From: Dicyema japonicum
Taxonomy: Eukaryota > Animalia > Dicyemida
Assembly: GCA_011109175.1 (NCBI GenBank)
Contig: RDEW01000037.1
Span: forward strand, 407,600 to 471,599
Direction: 5' to 3'
DNA: 64,000 bases
Part shown: positions 1 through 10,889 of the stretch, piece after piece
Layout: the number at the start of each line of letters is the position of its first letter
Position numbering within the stretch: position 1 is the first letter of the stretch
Notes under the pieces: model-generated
The model's database searches: none
Told to the model about the DNA's origin: nothing
Seen by the model: the letters and a program-made list of their open reading frames with translations, nothing else
Position numbers and translations under genes: made by a program

Positions 1-1330
1 AACTTTTCCATTATGTCCTCACAAAACTAAATCTATTATTATGCACATTCTCAATAATAAAGCTATATCCTTTCCGTCACTTGTGCCACCCCCAGATGAT
101 CTTGTCTGTTAGACTCGTACACATTCTTCTCTAGATTGCGAATTTTCAGAGGCTGTCTAGATCTTCTGGGTCTTCTAATGCCATTTTAACATGTTTTAGA
201 TCGATGTTTATTATTAATATCAAAGTTATTTGTAGCTAGCTTCAAGTATGTTCCTTAAATCCCCGGGTCTTTGTAATAATTGTATCCAAGTGCGTCGATT
301 TTGCAAGCTTGGTTTTCNGTACACATTCTTCTCTAGATTGCGAATTTTCAGAGGCTGTCTAGATCTTCTGGGTCTTCTAATGCCATTTTAACATGTTTTA
401 GATTGATGTTTATTATTAATATCAAAGTTATTCGTAGCTAGCTTCAAGTATGTTCCTTAAATCCCCGGGTCTTTGTAATAATTGTATCCAAGTGCGTCGA
501 TTTTGCAAGCTTGGTTTTCGATAATTAAAAATTCTACAGGGTGTTTTAGACGTTCGTGCAACTGAGGGAGATAACCACTTCATTCAATATGTTTTAAGTA
601 AATCAGATGGATTTTAGGTGATTTATGCTAAAACCTCTAAACCTTATGCTTTTGAATTTTAAGACTTATAAATTAGGTATTAAGTAATATTTATAGTCAT
701 CATCTCAGAAAGAAAACTCAGAGTTTCCAGTAGCATGAGAGATTGATGGGGATATTATTCTTGAGTGAATCTTGTTAAGGATTTTCTTAAAAACACGGAT
801 GCCAGTATATGGATTATTCTTTGTTTTTTTGGATTTTTTAAACTAACTTTCTCTTCTCCAAAACACATCGAGTTGATTCTTCGATGTTTATGAAATAGAT
901 AATCCAGGGGAAAGTGTAGGGCATGATGTGAGATGAAACCACTTGGAATAATTTTTTGTCAGCAGTTATAAAAAAATTTGTGAGGGACTCAATAGCGACT
1001 TCAAAAGATGGGAAGGACGTACAAGAGAAGTCCTTGAGAACGGTCTCATTCCTATGAATCCCATTTCCACGTAAATAGTTAATATATGTCCTTTGCTCCT
1101 CAGGACTGTTAATTTATGATTATTATAATCGGATTATCTGCTGAAGATTGTAGAGAATATCCCAATGAGCTTCAAGAGCCAGACTATGAGAACAAAAGGA
1201 GATAGAGAAGGTAATTGAATGTTCGTAAATCACATGAGCGTGCAATTGTGGGTTTATGGATAAGAATAATGTCCACAGAATAATTGTGGAAATTGCGTAA
1301 ATCAATACATTTTAGGAAAGTCAATTAATA
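1..1330 (-). mobile_element. Heavily degenerate APE-type LINE (end of endonuclease, linker, start of RT)
   Basis: The minus strand gives 'SFCSHSLALEAHWDILYNLQ' (APE C-terminus), an ~118-codon open stretch with 'EVAIESLTNFFITADKK..PW' (EN-RT linker) and RT-like remnants toward position 1. Many stops and frameshifts. Confidence 0.5.
117..519. repeat. 201-bp direct duplication joined by a single N (probable scaffolding/haplotype artefact)
   Basis: 117-317 and 319-519 are identical except for 2 substitutions; the N is at 318. Confidence 0.9.
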
Positions 1331-1341
1331 TTATGAAATAT

Positions 1342-1560
1342 TCAAGTGTCTATTAAATAGTAAGTTAGTTGCCCCGACCTCACTAACATGAGACCGCTTG
1401 CCATCAGAGTCCAGCTGTTAGTGTTGGGCACTCCCTCAAGTGCCTTAGTGTAAAGACCAACACCAATACGACTAGTATCGTCATCCAGAAAAGTACCAAC
1501 TGGGCGAACCGGGGAGGCATTGAACCAGGCCCCAGAATTCTCAACGGACGCCAAATTTCG
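1342..1560 (-). mobile_element. CRE-clade (RLE-type) non-LTR retrotransposon fragment
   Basis: 'NSGAWFNASPVRPVGTFLDDDTSRIGVGL' matches the CRE 'SGAWLNALP..GTLLD...RIAIGLRLG' motif upstream of the RLE. Confidence 0.6.
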
Positions 1561-2037
1561 ACATGTGCGGGATTATTAATTATTTACATGGAAAACAAAA
1601 ACAAAATTAAAGTCAATAGGCCAAATCTACAAGGCTATTCCCTTTCTAGATTGTGAGAGAAATAAACTTGAAAAGCAGCATTTATCAGGTTAGATCTCGT
1701 CTTTTGAGGTATAGGACGATTGAAATTAATAATCTATTTAAGTACATAATATTTATTATCTGAGTGTCTATAAGAATTAATTATTATAGATTTACCTTAA
1801 ATGAGAATTAAAATTTAATGGAATTAAACTATAGCAGTGAAAAGCTATCCTAATGATAGTAAAACAGCTAACTGAATACCTATAACAAGAGTTCTTCACT
1901 TTCATATATGTAATCAAAATTGTAAATGGATGAAAGTGCATTTTGCGATTTTATATTTAAATTAAATATAATAATAGATTTAATATTATACATAAAATAT
2001 AATAAAATATATAATTACATAACACAGTTAGTATAGC

Positions 2038-5033
2038 ATGTGTGTTTCAACAAGCTTTCAACGTTTACCAAAAACAATTATACCTTCTGCCTATGAGATA
2101 GAAATAAAAACCGACACGGACACAGAAATATTTTCAGGCTCAGTAAAAATTAATGTCACGGTTTTTATAATTTTAATGTGTTAGATACGGTCTCCAGTCT
2201 CTGAAATTTTCCTGCATTCTGTTGACTTAAACATTAAATCTTCAAAAGTTGTCCAAGGTTAACTTTATATGAATTCTAAGACTCAAATGATTATCCAGCC
2301 ACAATACAGCTGGTTCCTGATATGGAGGGAATCATTCTAAGAGTTGACGACAAACTGGTGGAATGATCTATATAACTAAATAGACGGAGGGAAAGGCAAC
2401 TATATTTATCACTTATGGGGGGGAACTTAACAAAAATATGAAGGGTTATTACACCACGTGCTACAAAAATGATGAAGAGTTGATCAAATGTGCAGCCACT
2501 CAGTTTGAGGTTTGTCTCTTTAATGAAAAAGCCCGCCGACGCTAGACGAGCTCTCCCATGTTTTGATGAACCTGACCTGAAGGCAATATTTACTGTTACC
2601 TTGATTGCCCGCAAGGACCAAACTGTCCTTTCAAATATGGTAACTCATTATTCTTTATTTTAGCAAGTTGATAGCTCTGAACCATTAACGGACGAGAATG
2701 ATGGTGGCTTCGTTATTACTCGGTTCAAATCTTCTCCCATAATGTCAACTTATCTTTTGGCTTTCATTGTGGGGAAATATGACTTTGTTGAGGGATTCGA
2801 CAATAATGGAGTCCGTGTTAGAATTTACACATCACTTGGGAGATCCAACGAGGGAAACATCGCTCTCAATGTTACAATTAGTGTTATTTCATAGATTGCA
2901 ATAAAGGCCCTCGAATTCTACGCTGAATTCTTTGACTATCCCTACGTTTTACCAAAATGTGATATGATTGCTTTAGCTGACTTTGCTATGGGTGCTATGG
3001 AGAACTGGGGATTGATTACTTACCGTGAAACTGCCTTGTTGGCTACAGAGACCTCTTCTATGGCTATTAAACAGAGAGTGGCAGAAGTTGTCGGTCACGA
3101 ACTTGCCCATATGTGGTTTGGTAATCTTGTTACAATGGTATTTTTGTTATGCTATTGAAGGAATGGTGGACTTATTTATGGCTTAATGAGGGATTTGCCA
3201 CGTGGATATCATATCTATGTGTTGACCACGTATTTCCTGAATATGACATTTGGACTCAGTTTCAGATTAATGAGATATCAGTTGCTATGGTGCTTGACTC
3301 TTTGGAGACAAGTCACCCTATTGAAGTTCACAATTATTTATATTTAAGGTCTCTGTTGGTCCTCCTTCTGAAGTGGAAGAGATCTTTGATAGAATATCGT
3401 ATTTAAAAGGCTCTTCTGTCATTGGCTATCTCTATCACTTTTTGGGAGAAGAGGTTGTTCATTATGTTATCTAGTCCTTTCGAAATGGTCTTAGGATGTA
3501 TTTGAAGATTCATTCTTTTGGAAACACTAAAACACAAGATTTATGGTCTTCCCTGCAGGAGGCAAGTGGGGTTGATGTTTGTGGAATCATGAACAACTTT
3601 GTCACATGCAAGGGATTTCCTTATTTAACGGTTGTAATTATTATTTACTAAGATTTCTCGATTAAACTCAAACCAAATTATAGTCAAACAAAACAAGTGC
3701 TCAAAGTTCTCTGGTAGTTTAATTATTAATAAAGATGACTCAACCATATGGCAAATTCATTTCAACATGGTGACCCAGTCTTCACCCAACACACCAGTTG
3801 AGTTTTTCCTCAGAGAGCGGGAGTTTATTTATGATCTGGAAGTACCCGAGAATGGTTGGATTAAAGTAATTGGTATTAATATTACAGCTCAATTATGGGA
3901 ATAATGGGTTCTATAGAGTAAAATATGATGGAGATTTGATGAATTCTATTATTAGAGCTGTGGAGAGTCCTGATAGTCTTGATAAACGTGATAAGATTGG
4001 ACTATTGAATGACTTTTCATCACTTGTTTGCATAGTAATAATATTTTAGGCTAATATTGGGGAAATGTCACTTGTTGATTGTCTAAAGTTGTGTTGAAGT
4101 CTTCGTGATGAGACAGATTATAACATTTGGAGAAGTATTTTTGATATCATTTCGACTGTTAATACTTTTATGCAAATGACTTACTCATTCCCTCAATTCT
4201 CTACTTTTGTGAGCTGTCTTGTTGAGAAAGTTTATGGGTTTGTTGGATGGATTCTTTTTTCTGGTGAAGGTTATTATTTCTCTGTTAGTTTAGACAGTTC
4301 TGTTTCACTCCTCAGAACTCTAATATTCTCTATTATGGTTAAATTTGGAAATGATGAATTTGATGAAAAATGTCGTTCCTTTTTTGCTAAGATTGAAATG
4401 GGAACTCCTGTCCATGCGGATTTGCAGTCTTCTGTATTTATGATAACTTATTGAAGGTTTATCGGAATGTGATGCTTAAAGGCCCCAACCAAATGGACAC
4501 ACTCACAAAACTCATCAAATATTACTCAGAATCCAATCTGAGTGAAGAGAGGATGAGAATTCTAACATCACTGGGCTATTCTGAAAATCAACAGATCATT
4601 CAAAGGATTATAGAGTTCTCTGAAACAGTCATGTGATTTCTAACTACTAGGATGCTGTGAGATCTCAGGATTATCCATTTTTGATGGCCGGATTGTCTGC
4701 TCTTAAATCTAATACTCCTGTGGTTTGGAATTACTTTAAGAACAAATATGTGACTCTCTCCAAGAGACTGACTGCATTTGGTCTTATTTCCCGTATTGTC
4801 AAGGTCTCCTTTTGGTTTATCATAGTCTGTAACATCTAACTTTGATACTCAAGAGAGCATTGATGATATGGAGGTTCTACTTTAAAATATGTTTATAGAA
4901 TTTCTTTGCTGATGTGGACGTCGGTGTTATTGGAAGATGTGTCAAACAATCCGTGGAATTGGCTAAAGTTAGGAAATGTTTGAGTGATGATAACTATGAC
5001 AATGTTGCTAGTTATCTTCGCAGCTTTAATTAG
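2038..5033 (+). CDS. NPEPPS: Puromycin-sensitive aminopeptidase (M1 family); 19 exons, 18 introns of 21-26 nt; one in-frame TGA at 4095-4097
   Basis: The spliced translation gives [53 protein letters not shown] (HExxH..E), 'FDRISYLKG' and an ERAP1-like C-terminal domain. ATG 2038, TAG 5031-5033. Introns: 2161-2184, 2258-2280, 2358-2383, 2510-2531, 2640-2663, 2871-2894, 3138-3160, 3326-3348, 3454-3474, 3631-3652, 3714-3734, 3866-3887, 4026-4049, 4270-4293, 4434-4456, 4628-4650, 4804-4825, 4874-4898. Confidence 0.93.
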
Positions 5034-5099
5034 TTTTTCGGCTTTCTCTTGATTTTTCTGATGTTTTCTTTTTTGTTTTAATATTATTACGAGCACTGG

Positions 5100-5950
5100 T
5101 TAAAAGTTTTACAACTAGGTCATTGGCCCTGCTTCATTCAGAGGGTTTCTGGGCTTTTGGCTGCCCTTAAGATCTTCCTCAGCGATTTGGTGACAGAGGC
5201 TATCCCCGATTATGCCACCGCCAGCTTGGATGACTGACATTGTCCAGGAGGAGTTGCATATATTAGGGTTGGCTTGATGAATTGTAGGAAGATAGTCTTT
5301 AATAATCCAGTTTTTTATAGATATCTAGTGATGATTTTAAACACCTTTATTTTCTTCGTCGCAGCCAATATAGAGTCTTCGATGTGTTTTGCAAAAGATA
5401 GTCCTTGTTCAAAGGTTACCCCAAAAATCTTATGTGTTTTGTTAATAAGGTTAGCCTCGTTCTTGATAGGGATTTTTGGCTCGACACGAAGCTGTCTTTT
5501 GTACGTGGTAACAGCATGAAAGAAGACTTTGTTGCTTACATGTCGAACTTCCGCTTCGAGTAGTCCACGGATATAAGTACTGTCCTTTGAGGGGATTTGG
5601 GGAAGTTAAATCCTGCAATAAATTCTGTGAGCGTCGTGAGGTGTGTTGCGGTCGAAGGTATATTGACTTGTGATCGAACATAAAGGCGAGTTCTAAGTAA
5701 AAATTCTTGCATCTCGAATTCATCCTCGTCATCAGAATTGGCTAACGAATTTCCTCTCAGGAAGATTTTGGTTGGGCTGAAATATGTCTTGTTTATCTCT
5801 ACCGATTCTTTCTAAAGGGAGTCTTCCAATACTGTTCCAGGCAAATCTCTTTTGCTTTTCTGTTCCAGGCAAAGGAACGTCGGAGGCCCAAAAATTTTTT
5901 CCCTAATCGATTTCCTGAGGTGTTTCCATACTGTGATAGGTACGATGATG
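5100..5950 (-). mobile_element. Ingi/Vingi-like LINE fragment (RT thumb and C-terminus, internally deleted)
   Basis: 'KTHKIFGVTFEQGLSFAKHIE...QFIKPTLIYA' is homologous to the element at 45390-46505. Confidence 0.65.
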
Positions 5951-5959
5951 GTTCAAGGA

Positions 5960-6720
5960 TGTAAGATGGCGTCGCTAACTAGGGAAACTGGAATCACCTA
6001 ACTATCTATTTTTTGTTACCAAAAACGATAAAATTTTGAGGACTTTACTCATCTTATTTCAATGTTTGTCCCATGACGTCTTTTATGTTATGCTACATGC
6101 ATTCAAACTCCCGTTCTTTTCACAGTACATCGAGTAATGTTGGTCGTAAAGCGAATTATTAAACCTTGGTAGTGTTTTAAAAGTTGTCGATTTTCTTTAG
6201 ATTTGTTTAGACAAGTTTGTATCCTTTGTAATGTCCAAGGAGAACCTTTACAAAGTTTTTGTTTGTCTCAAAAGACTGGACATTGTGGTACACGATAAGG
6301 AGTCTGGCCAAGTCCTTATGATGAAAGTTGCATTACGTCTCAAGACCGTTAGCAAACTGTGGAAGTGTAGCAAAGAGGAAGTACAGTAAGACTCCTCTTA
6401 ACCTCCAATTTTGGGAATTCAAAAAAACTGGTGGTTAAGAGGAATTGGCGTTATGAGTAATACCTCTGTGTGGCAACATGCGAGATTTTGATCGTATGTT
6501 GTCATACCATATCCCCCACATTGACCTGAAAGGAATTTACTTAGCCACAATTTTATATTCAGATGAATATAGGTCTCATTTTTTGTTAATATAGACCTCG
6601 AGACAGAACAGAATAGCTTTTGTGTGTCCACTGATACCATGTGTTTTGGTGTGTATAATTTATCGGTGACGGATCCAATATTCTTCATAATTAGAAGACC
6701 TAGTCTTAAGTCCAACGGAC
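5960..6720 (-). mobile_element. Degenerate RTE-like LINE RT remnant
   Basis: 'DTQKLFCSVSR' (cf. DxxKAFDSV) and a downstream 'RPTLL'-type C-terminal remnant; many stops. Confidence 0.4.
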
Positions 6721-6900
6721 GGTCTACTTTTGTTTGAGGTTAATTTGAATTAGTAGAAATATTATAGAATTGAGAAAATGTACTGAGTCCCCTATTTGGA
6801 TCCTAGTTTTTTAAGGCATTTTTATGGTAGCCTAGACGTGTGAGGATAGTCTTTGGTTACAATTATTGTAGGAGGATAAAAGAATGAAGATCCTATTGGC

Positions 6901-7073
6901 TTCCAAAATAACTAAAGACAATATCTTACTTTCCACAGAGAATATACACACCCCACAATATGTGATTTTTCAACCCAAACGGACACNTTCCAAAATAACT
7001 AAAGACAATATCTTACTTTCCACAGAGAATATACACACCCCACAATATGTGATTTTTCAACCCAAACGGACAC
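6901..7073. repeat. 86-bp direct duplication joined by a single N (probable assembly artefact)
   Basis: 6901-6986 is repeated at 6988-7073; the N is at 6987. Confidence 0.9.
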
Positions 7074-7139
7074 GAATTCTCACGTGAAAATGTCCACCAT
7101 GAAAACTAATCGACAATACAAAAACTGTCTTGTGAAATT

Positions 7140-7620
7140 CGACTGAGAAGAGGTGTATCTAGCCAAAATGCTCAGTCCTCTGTTATTCAACATTACAATG
7201 ATTGAATACTCCCCCAGAAAACCTCATATTTTATGACGTCTCTTTAACCCTATGGTATCTGAGAAACGGTGGAAGATGTAAATAATCGAAGAGTCTAATA
7301 TAAACTTTTATTACATCGAATATGGGAAGTCTGGTAAGGGTAACTGGAAGCAGGAAGCTCGTAACTTGAGGAATTCGTTACAAGACATACCTCAGAATAT
7401 GACTATGAAATATTTTGGTCTCTTTATTGACAAGGGAGGTAATTTTATGGAACATGTGGAAACACGTAAGAAAAAAGCCACGAGTGCTCTGGTATGCATA
7501 AAAATGTTAAAGCTCGAGTCGGCGACCTTTGTCTATGTTTTCAACACCCTGATTCTTCCTGTAATGTTACGCGGTTTTGAGGGACGATAAGACTCAAAAA
7601 AAAGAAATTTGAAAAACAAG
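7140..7620 (+). mobile_element. LINE RT palm/thumb fragment
   Basis: 'LSPLLFNITM' and 'KYFGLFIDKGGNFMEHVETRKKKA...VFNTLILPVMLRGFEG'; related to 43570-44560. Confidence 0.55.
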
Positions 7621-7959
7621 TTTGCTTAAGGGACAAATCCTCATAGGCCGATTTTTGGTAGATGGAAAATGTGCAAAGTTGGCTTATTACCAGTGTTTAC
7701 TATAATGTTATCATTTCGTGATAAAACCAAGCCAGTCTGCCATCGATTAGTTCTTAAACTTTGTAGAACACTGTGACAAAGAGAATAAGCATGATATACT
7801 TCCCTCGGCTAGTACTGTTACCACCGTGGATGTTTGGGGTTCAAATCACCACAAATAGTAAGTATTTTAATCCATAGTCTTTAGGAATATATGAGGTCGG
7901 ACACGATCCCGGAAATATGATACATCAAAGAGTATGGAACGTATCGACATTGAATAGTC

Positions 7960-8470
7960 CAATAGATAGATGTTTCTAAATTATTATCTCCTAAAGAGAG
8001 GGCACAACTTGGGCAACATTAATACAATTTATTTTTTCTATCAGAATGCCAAGAATAAGTTGAAAAGTAGCGGCGATGAACCTTGGTACCCCATTAGGAA
8101 ATAGTCTAGAGAGTTATCAAATGTTCTCATTCGTAGCCTTTTAGAAAGTTAGCCATAGTTTAAAATTCTCGGAAATATTCTCCAAATAAGATTCTTTCTG
8201 GGAATAAAGTCGAAGGGATTGCATATGTCAACTGAGAATAGAACTGTCTTCTGATGTCTGGGCATGTGGAGGATGGCAGAGTGAATTATGCCACTCAGAG
8301 AGATCAGTTGACTTGCAGTTGATCGGTCTTTTTTGAATCCATGCTGGGACTATCTACCAGGAATAATGTCTTGGTTTTTATAAGGACGAGCTTCTTAATG
8401 ATTTTGGAGCATGGGAGAGCAATTAGTCTGAATGAAGTTGGGTTTTTCCGTTTGACCTAATTACGACTAA
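7960..8470 (-). mobile_element. Ingi/Vingi-like LINE RT fragment
   Basis: The minus strand has 'PNGVP..' and 'FDFIPRKNL' remnants matching the RT of the family at 33380-36253. Confidence 0.55.
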
Positions 8471-8779
8471 ATTAAATTTACTCTTTCATTTGTCCATCAT
8501 TTTAGCATAAAATAATAATTTATACAATTAAATTACAATTAGTGGGATTTAGTAGTATTTTACAAGGCATTTAGGTCATTTTGACTGCATTTGTGTCTTC
8601 GGCTGACCTTTCATCTTTCCTCAAATGTTAACAATTATTTTCGATTATAGCTGTCGACTGATTGCGGATTAAGAGAATAAGAACACGTGTCCATTTTGTT
8701 CTCTTTATTTTGAATTCCTTGGTTTTTATTTCATCGTTCAACGATTCTTGTTTCGGGAAAAGTCTTTCTTTGACTAAAG

Positions 8780-9563
8780 CAGTGGTTCTCAAACTTTTTT
8801 AAAAAAGACGTCGCGGTCCTCTTTTATTTTTTAATTGCTTGTGGTACTTCATTAAATTAGTGAATTAAATTTAAACAAAAACAAAAATTATTGCAAAATT
8901 AAAGAATGATAATTAATGAGATGATTCACTTGTTTGGCCATCACCAGTTTTTCTAAGTCGGGGGTTGTGTTTTGGGCAATGCAACCCTCATGTCATTTGA
9001 GACATCCAATCTATTGCGGAATTTTGATTTGATGGTAAGTAGTGCTAAAAACGCTGTCTCACACTCATATGTAGTTGAAAATGGAATAAGCACTTTAAGT
9101 GCCATCTTTGCCAATTCTGAATAGGAATCAGCCATTTTAATCCATAAATCGCTTCGGGAAACTTCGCTGAAAACGTGTTTTGCACATCCATCATTAAACG
9201 AATCGATAAACTGTTCCTGAATTACATGGTTTTCAGAAGGAGATCCTTAACTGAAATTGCAAATGGGTTGCTGAGAAAACGATAGTATTTATCAAATTCA
9301 GAAATATCAGGAAAATATCGAAAAAATACCTAGAAATTTCTTTACTAATAAATAATACATGTTGTGTCATCACATCAATCCAAAGTTCATTTTCATCAAT
9401 AATATATTTAGATGTGGAAATGGTGCAACTTGTAACTATTTAATTTCGAATTCCACAGTTCTAGCTTCATTTTGAAACCAGTCATTTTTTCATGGTAATG
9501 GAGGACTAAAAGATTTTTTCCGCTGTCCAAAAAAGACCGCGGACCCCAGTTTGAGAAACACTG
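8780..9563 (-). mobile_element. Non-autonomous hAT (Buster/Charlie/SPIN group) DNA transposon, 784 bp
   Basis: TIRs CAGTGGTTCTCAAAC (8780-8794) and GTTTGAGAAACACTG (9549-9563). The 8-bp TSD is GACTAAAG/GACTAGAG with central TA. The internal remnant 'YSELAKMALKVLIPFSTTYECETAFLALLTIKSKFRNRLDV' is the hAT dimerisation domain. Confidence 0.9.
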
Positions 9564-9944
9564 GACTAGAGTTATCCTTCCATGGCCACTTGTATAACTG
9601 GTGTGTCTTTTTGTCATAGCTGTTGCTTCCAGAATGACATTGTTGATATAGGCAACCCCGCTGTCAATGGAGGTTAAGCTCTCCAACTGAAACCCAGTCA
9701 AACGATTGTCTGTAAGATCTCGTAAGAGAACTGATAGGTCCACCATAGAGTACCTTATTTTCTGGCATGACCCAAGCGAAGGTAAAAATAATTTACATTC
9801 ACTAAAAATAATTTTCCTTTTGTAGGCATTTCCCATTAGTTCATGTCCCCACGTGAAACTCCGCCGTACGTGGAACTCCATCTAATTTTTATGAAATTTT
9901 TCTGACTCTGATATAACTTTCGACTGGTGAACCACACCACATTA

Positions 9945-10870
9945 TACAATAAAAATAACACCAGAGACCACGGTTACACAAACTAACTAATCACGTGATC
10001 CCAGCACGCTCTAGCAGGGACCTCATCTTGGCCCAATGATCGTCCCCACACAAGCACGTATCGGTCGAGTGACTGAACCTTCGCAGTCACGACGGCGCGT
10101 TCCGTGGTTCATTCTTATCAAGGTTTCAAAAAGCATTGGTGGCTGGAGTTCTCCAGGAATCAAGCGTTCCGTGATTTTGGAGGCTCTTCTCCGGCTAGCC
10201 TCGATCTTCAAGACATTAGTCCAAAGATAAGTGGACCCCATATACCACATGCATAAGAGATGCGTAGTTTATATATATTGCTCAAAACAGAATGCTTTCC
10301 GATTTTCCATAAGCCTGTGAGGCATTTCAGAACATTAGTTTTCTTTTCGCATTTCGTAATTACGTTTTCAACATGGGGAGAGAGTGACATATGCATGTCA
10401 AAAGTCACCCAAAGGATCCTTTGGGATTTTCTGAAAGGAATAGCTTCATTGTTTGCCTTCAGTTCGACCGTCCGTCTTCCCAGTCTCTTGTCTGAAGTAA
10501 ATAGGGTTGTGACGGACTATTCACTGCTAGTAGTTAGGCGATTCTTTGATAGTTATGCCAGTCCAGATTTTCTTGCAATTTCGAAGTGGCAATCTGGATG
10601 TCCTGATCGCGTAGGCAATGACGATGTCATAGGCATAAGTTAGAATAATATCATTTTCGGAGTCTGGAGTGGGGAAGTCCGCCATGAATAAGTTGAATAA
10701 AACTGAAGACAAAGGGGATTTTTGCGGAACCCCATTAGGGAGAAGCCGTGAAATAGACCTTGACTGGCCAATGGAGACGCGTCCCCTCCGACCACTAAGG
10801 AAGTTAGCTAGCCAGAGTTTGAGCTGGAAAAACTTCCATAAGGCTGGAATACAATTTTTGTGTATAAGCC
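9945..10870 (-). mobile_element. 5'-truncated Ingi/Vingi-like LINE
   Basis: RT 'GVPQK...LFNLFMADFPT..ILTYAYD', thumb 'MTFDMHMSLSPHVENVI' and the family C-terminus 'RPIRACVGT...AGIT*' followed by a short 3' UTR and an AT-rich tail. Confidence 0.8.
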
Positions 10871-10889
10871 TATTTTAACCCAACAGGCC

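Noticed and set aside
117-519. 201-bp tandem duplication
   Set aside because: The copies meet at a single N and differ by 2 SNP-like changes, which is typical of overlapping contig ends from two haplotypes. The same pattern occurs at 6901-7073.
4095-4097. Genome-wide TGA reassignment (alternative genetic code)
   Set aside because: All conserved Trp codons in the four genes are TGG and only one in-frame TGA exists. At the homologous LINE 'GIT*' terminator, TGA (13346-13348), TAA (63521-63523) and TAG (26767-26769) interchange, so TGA acts as a stop.
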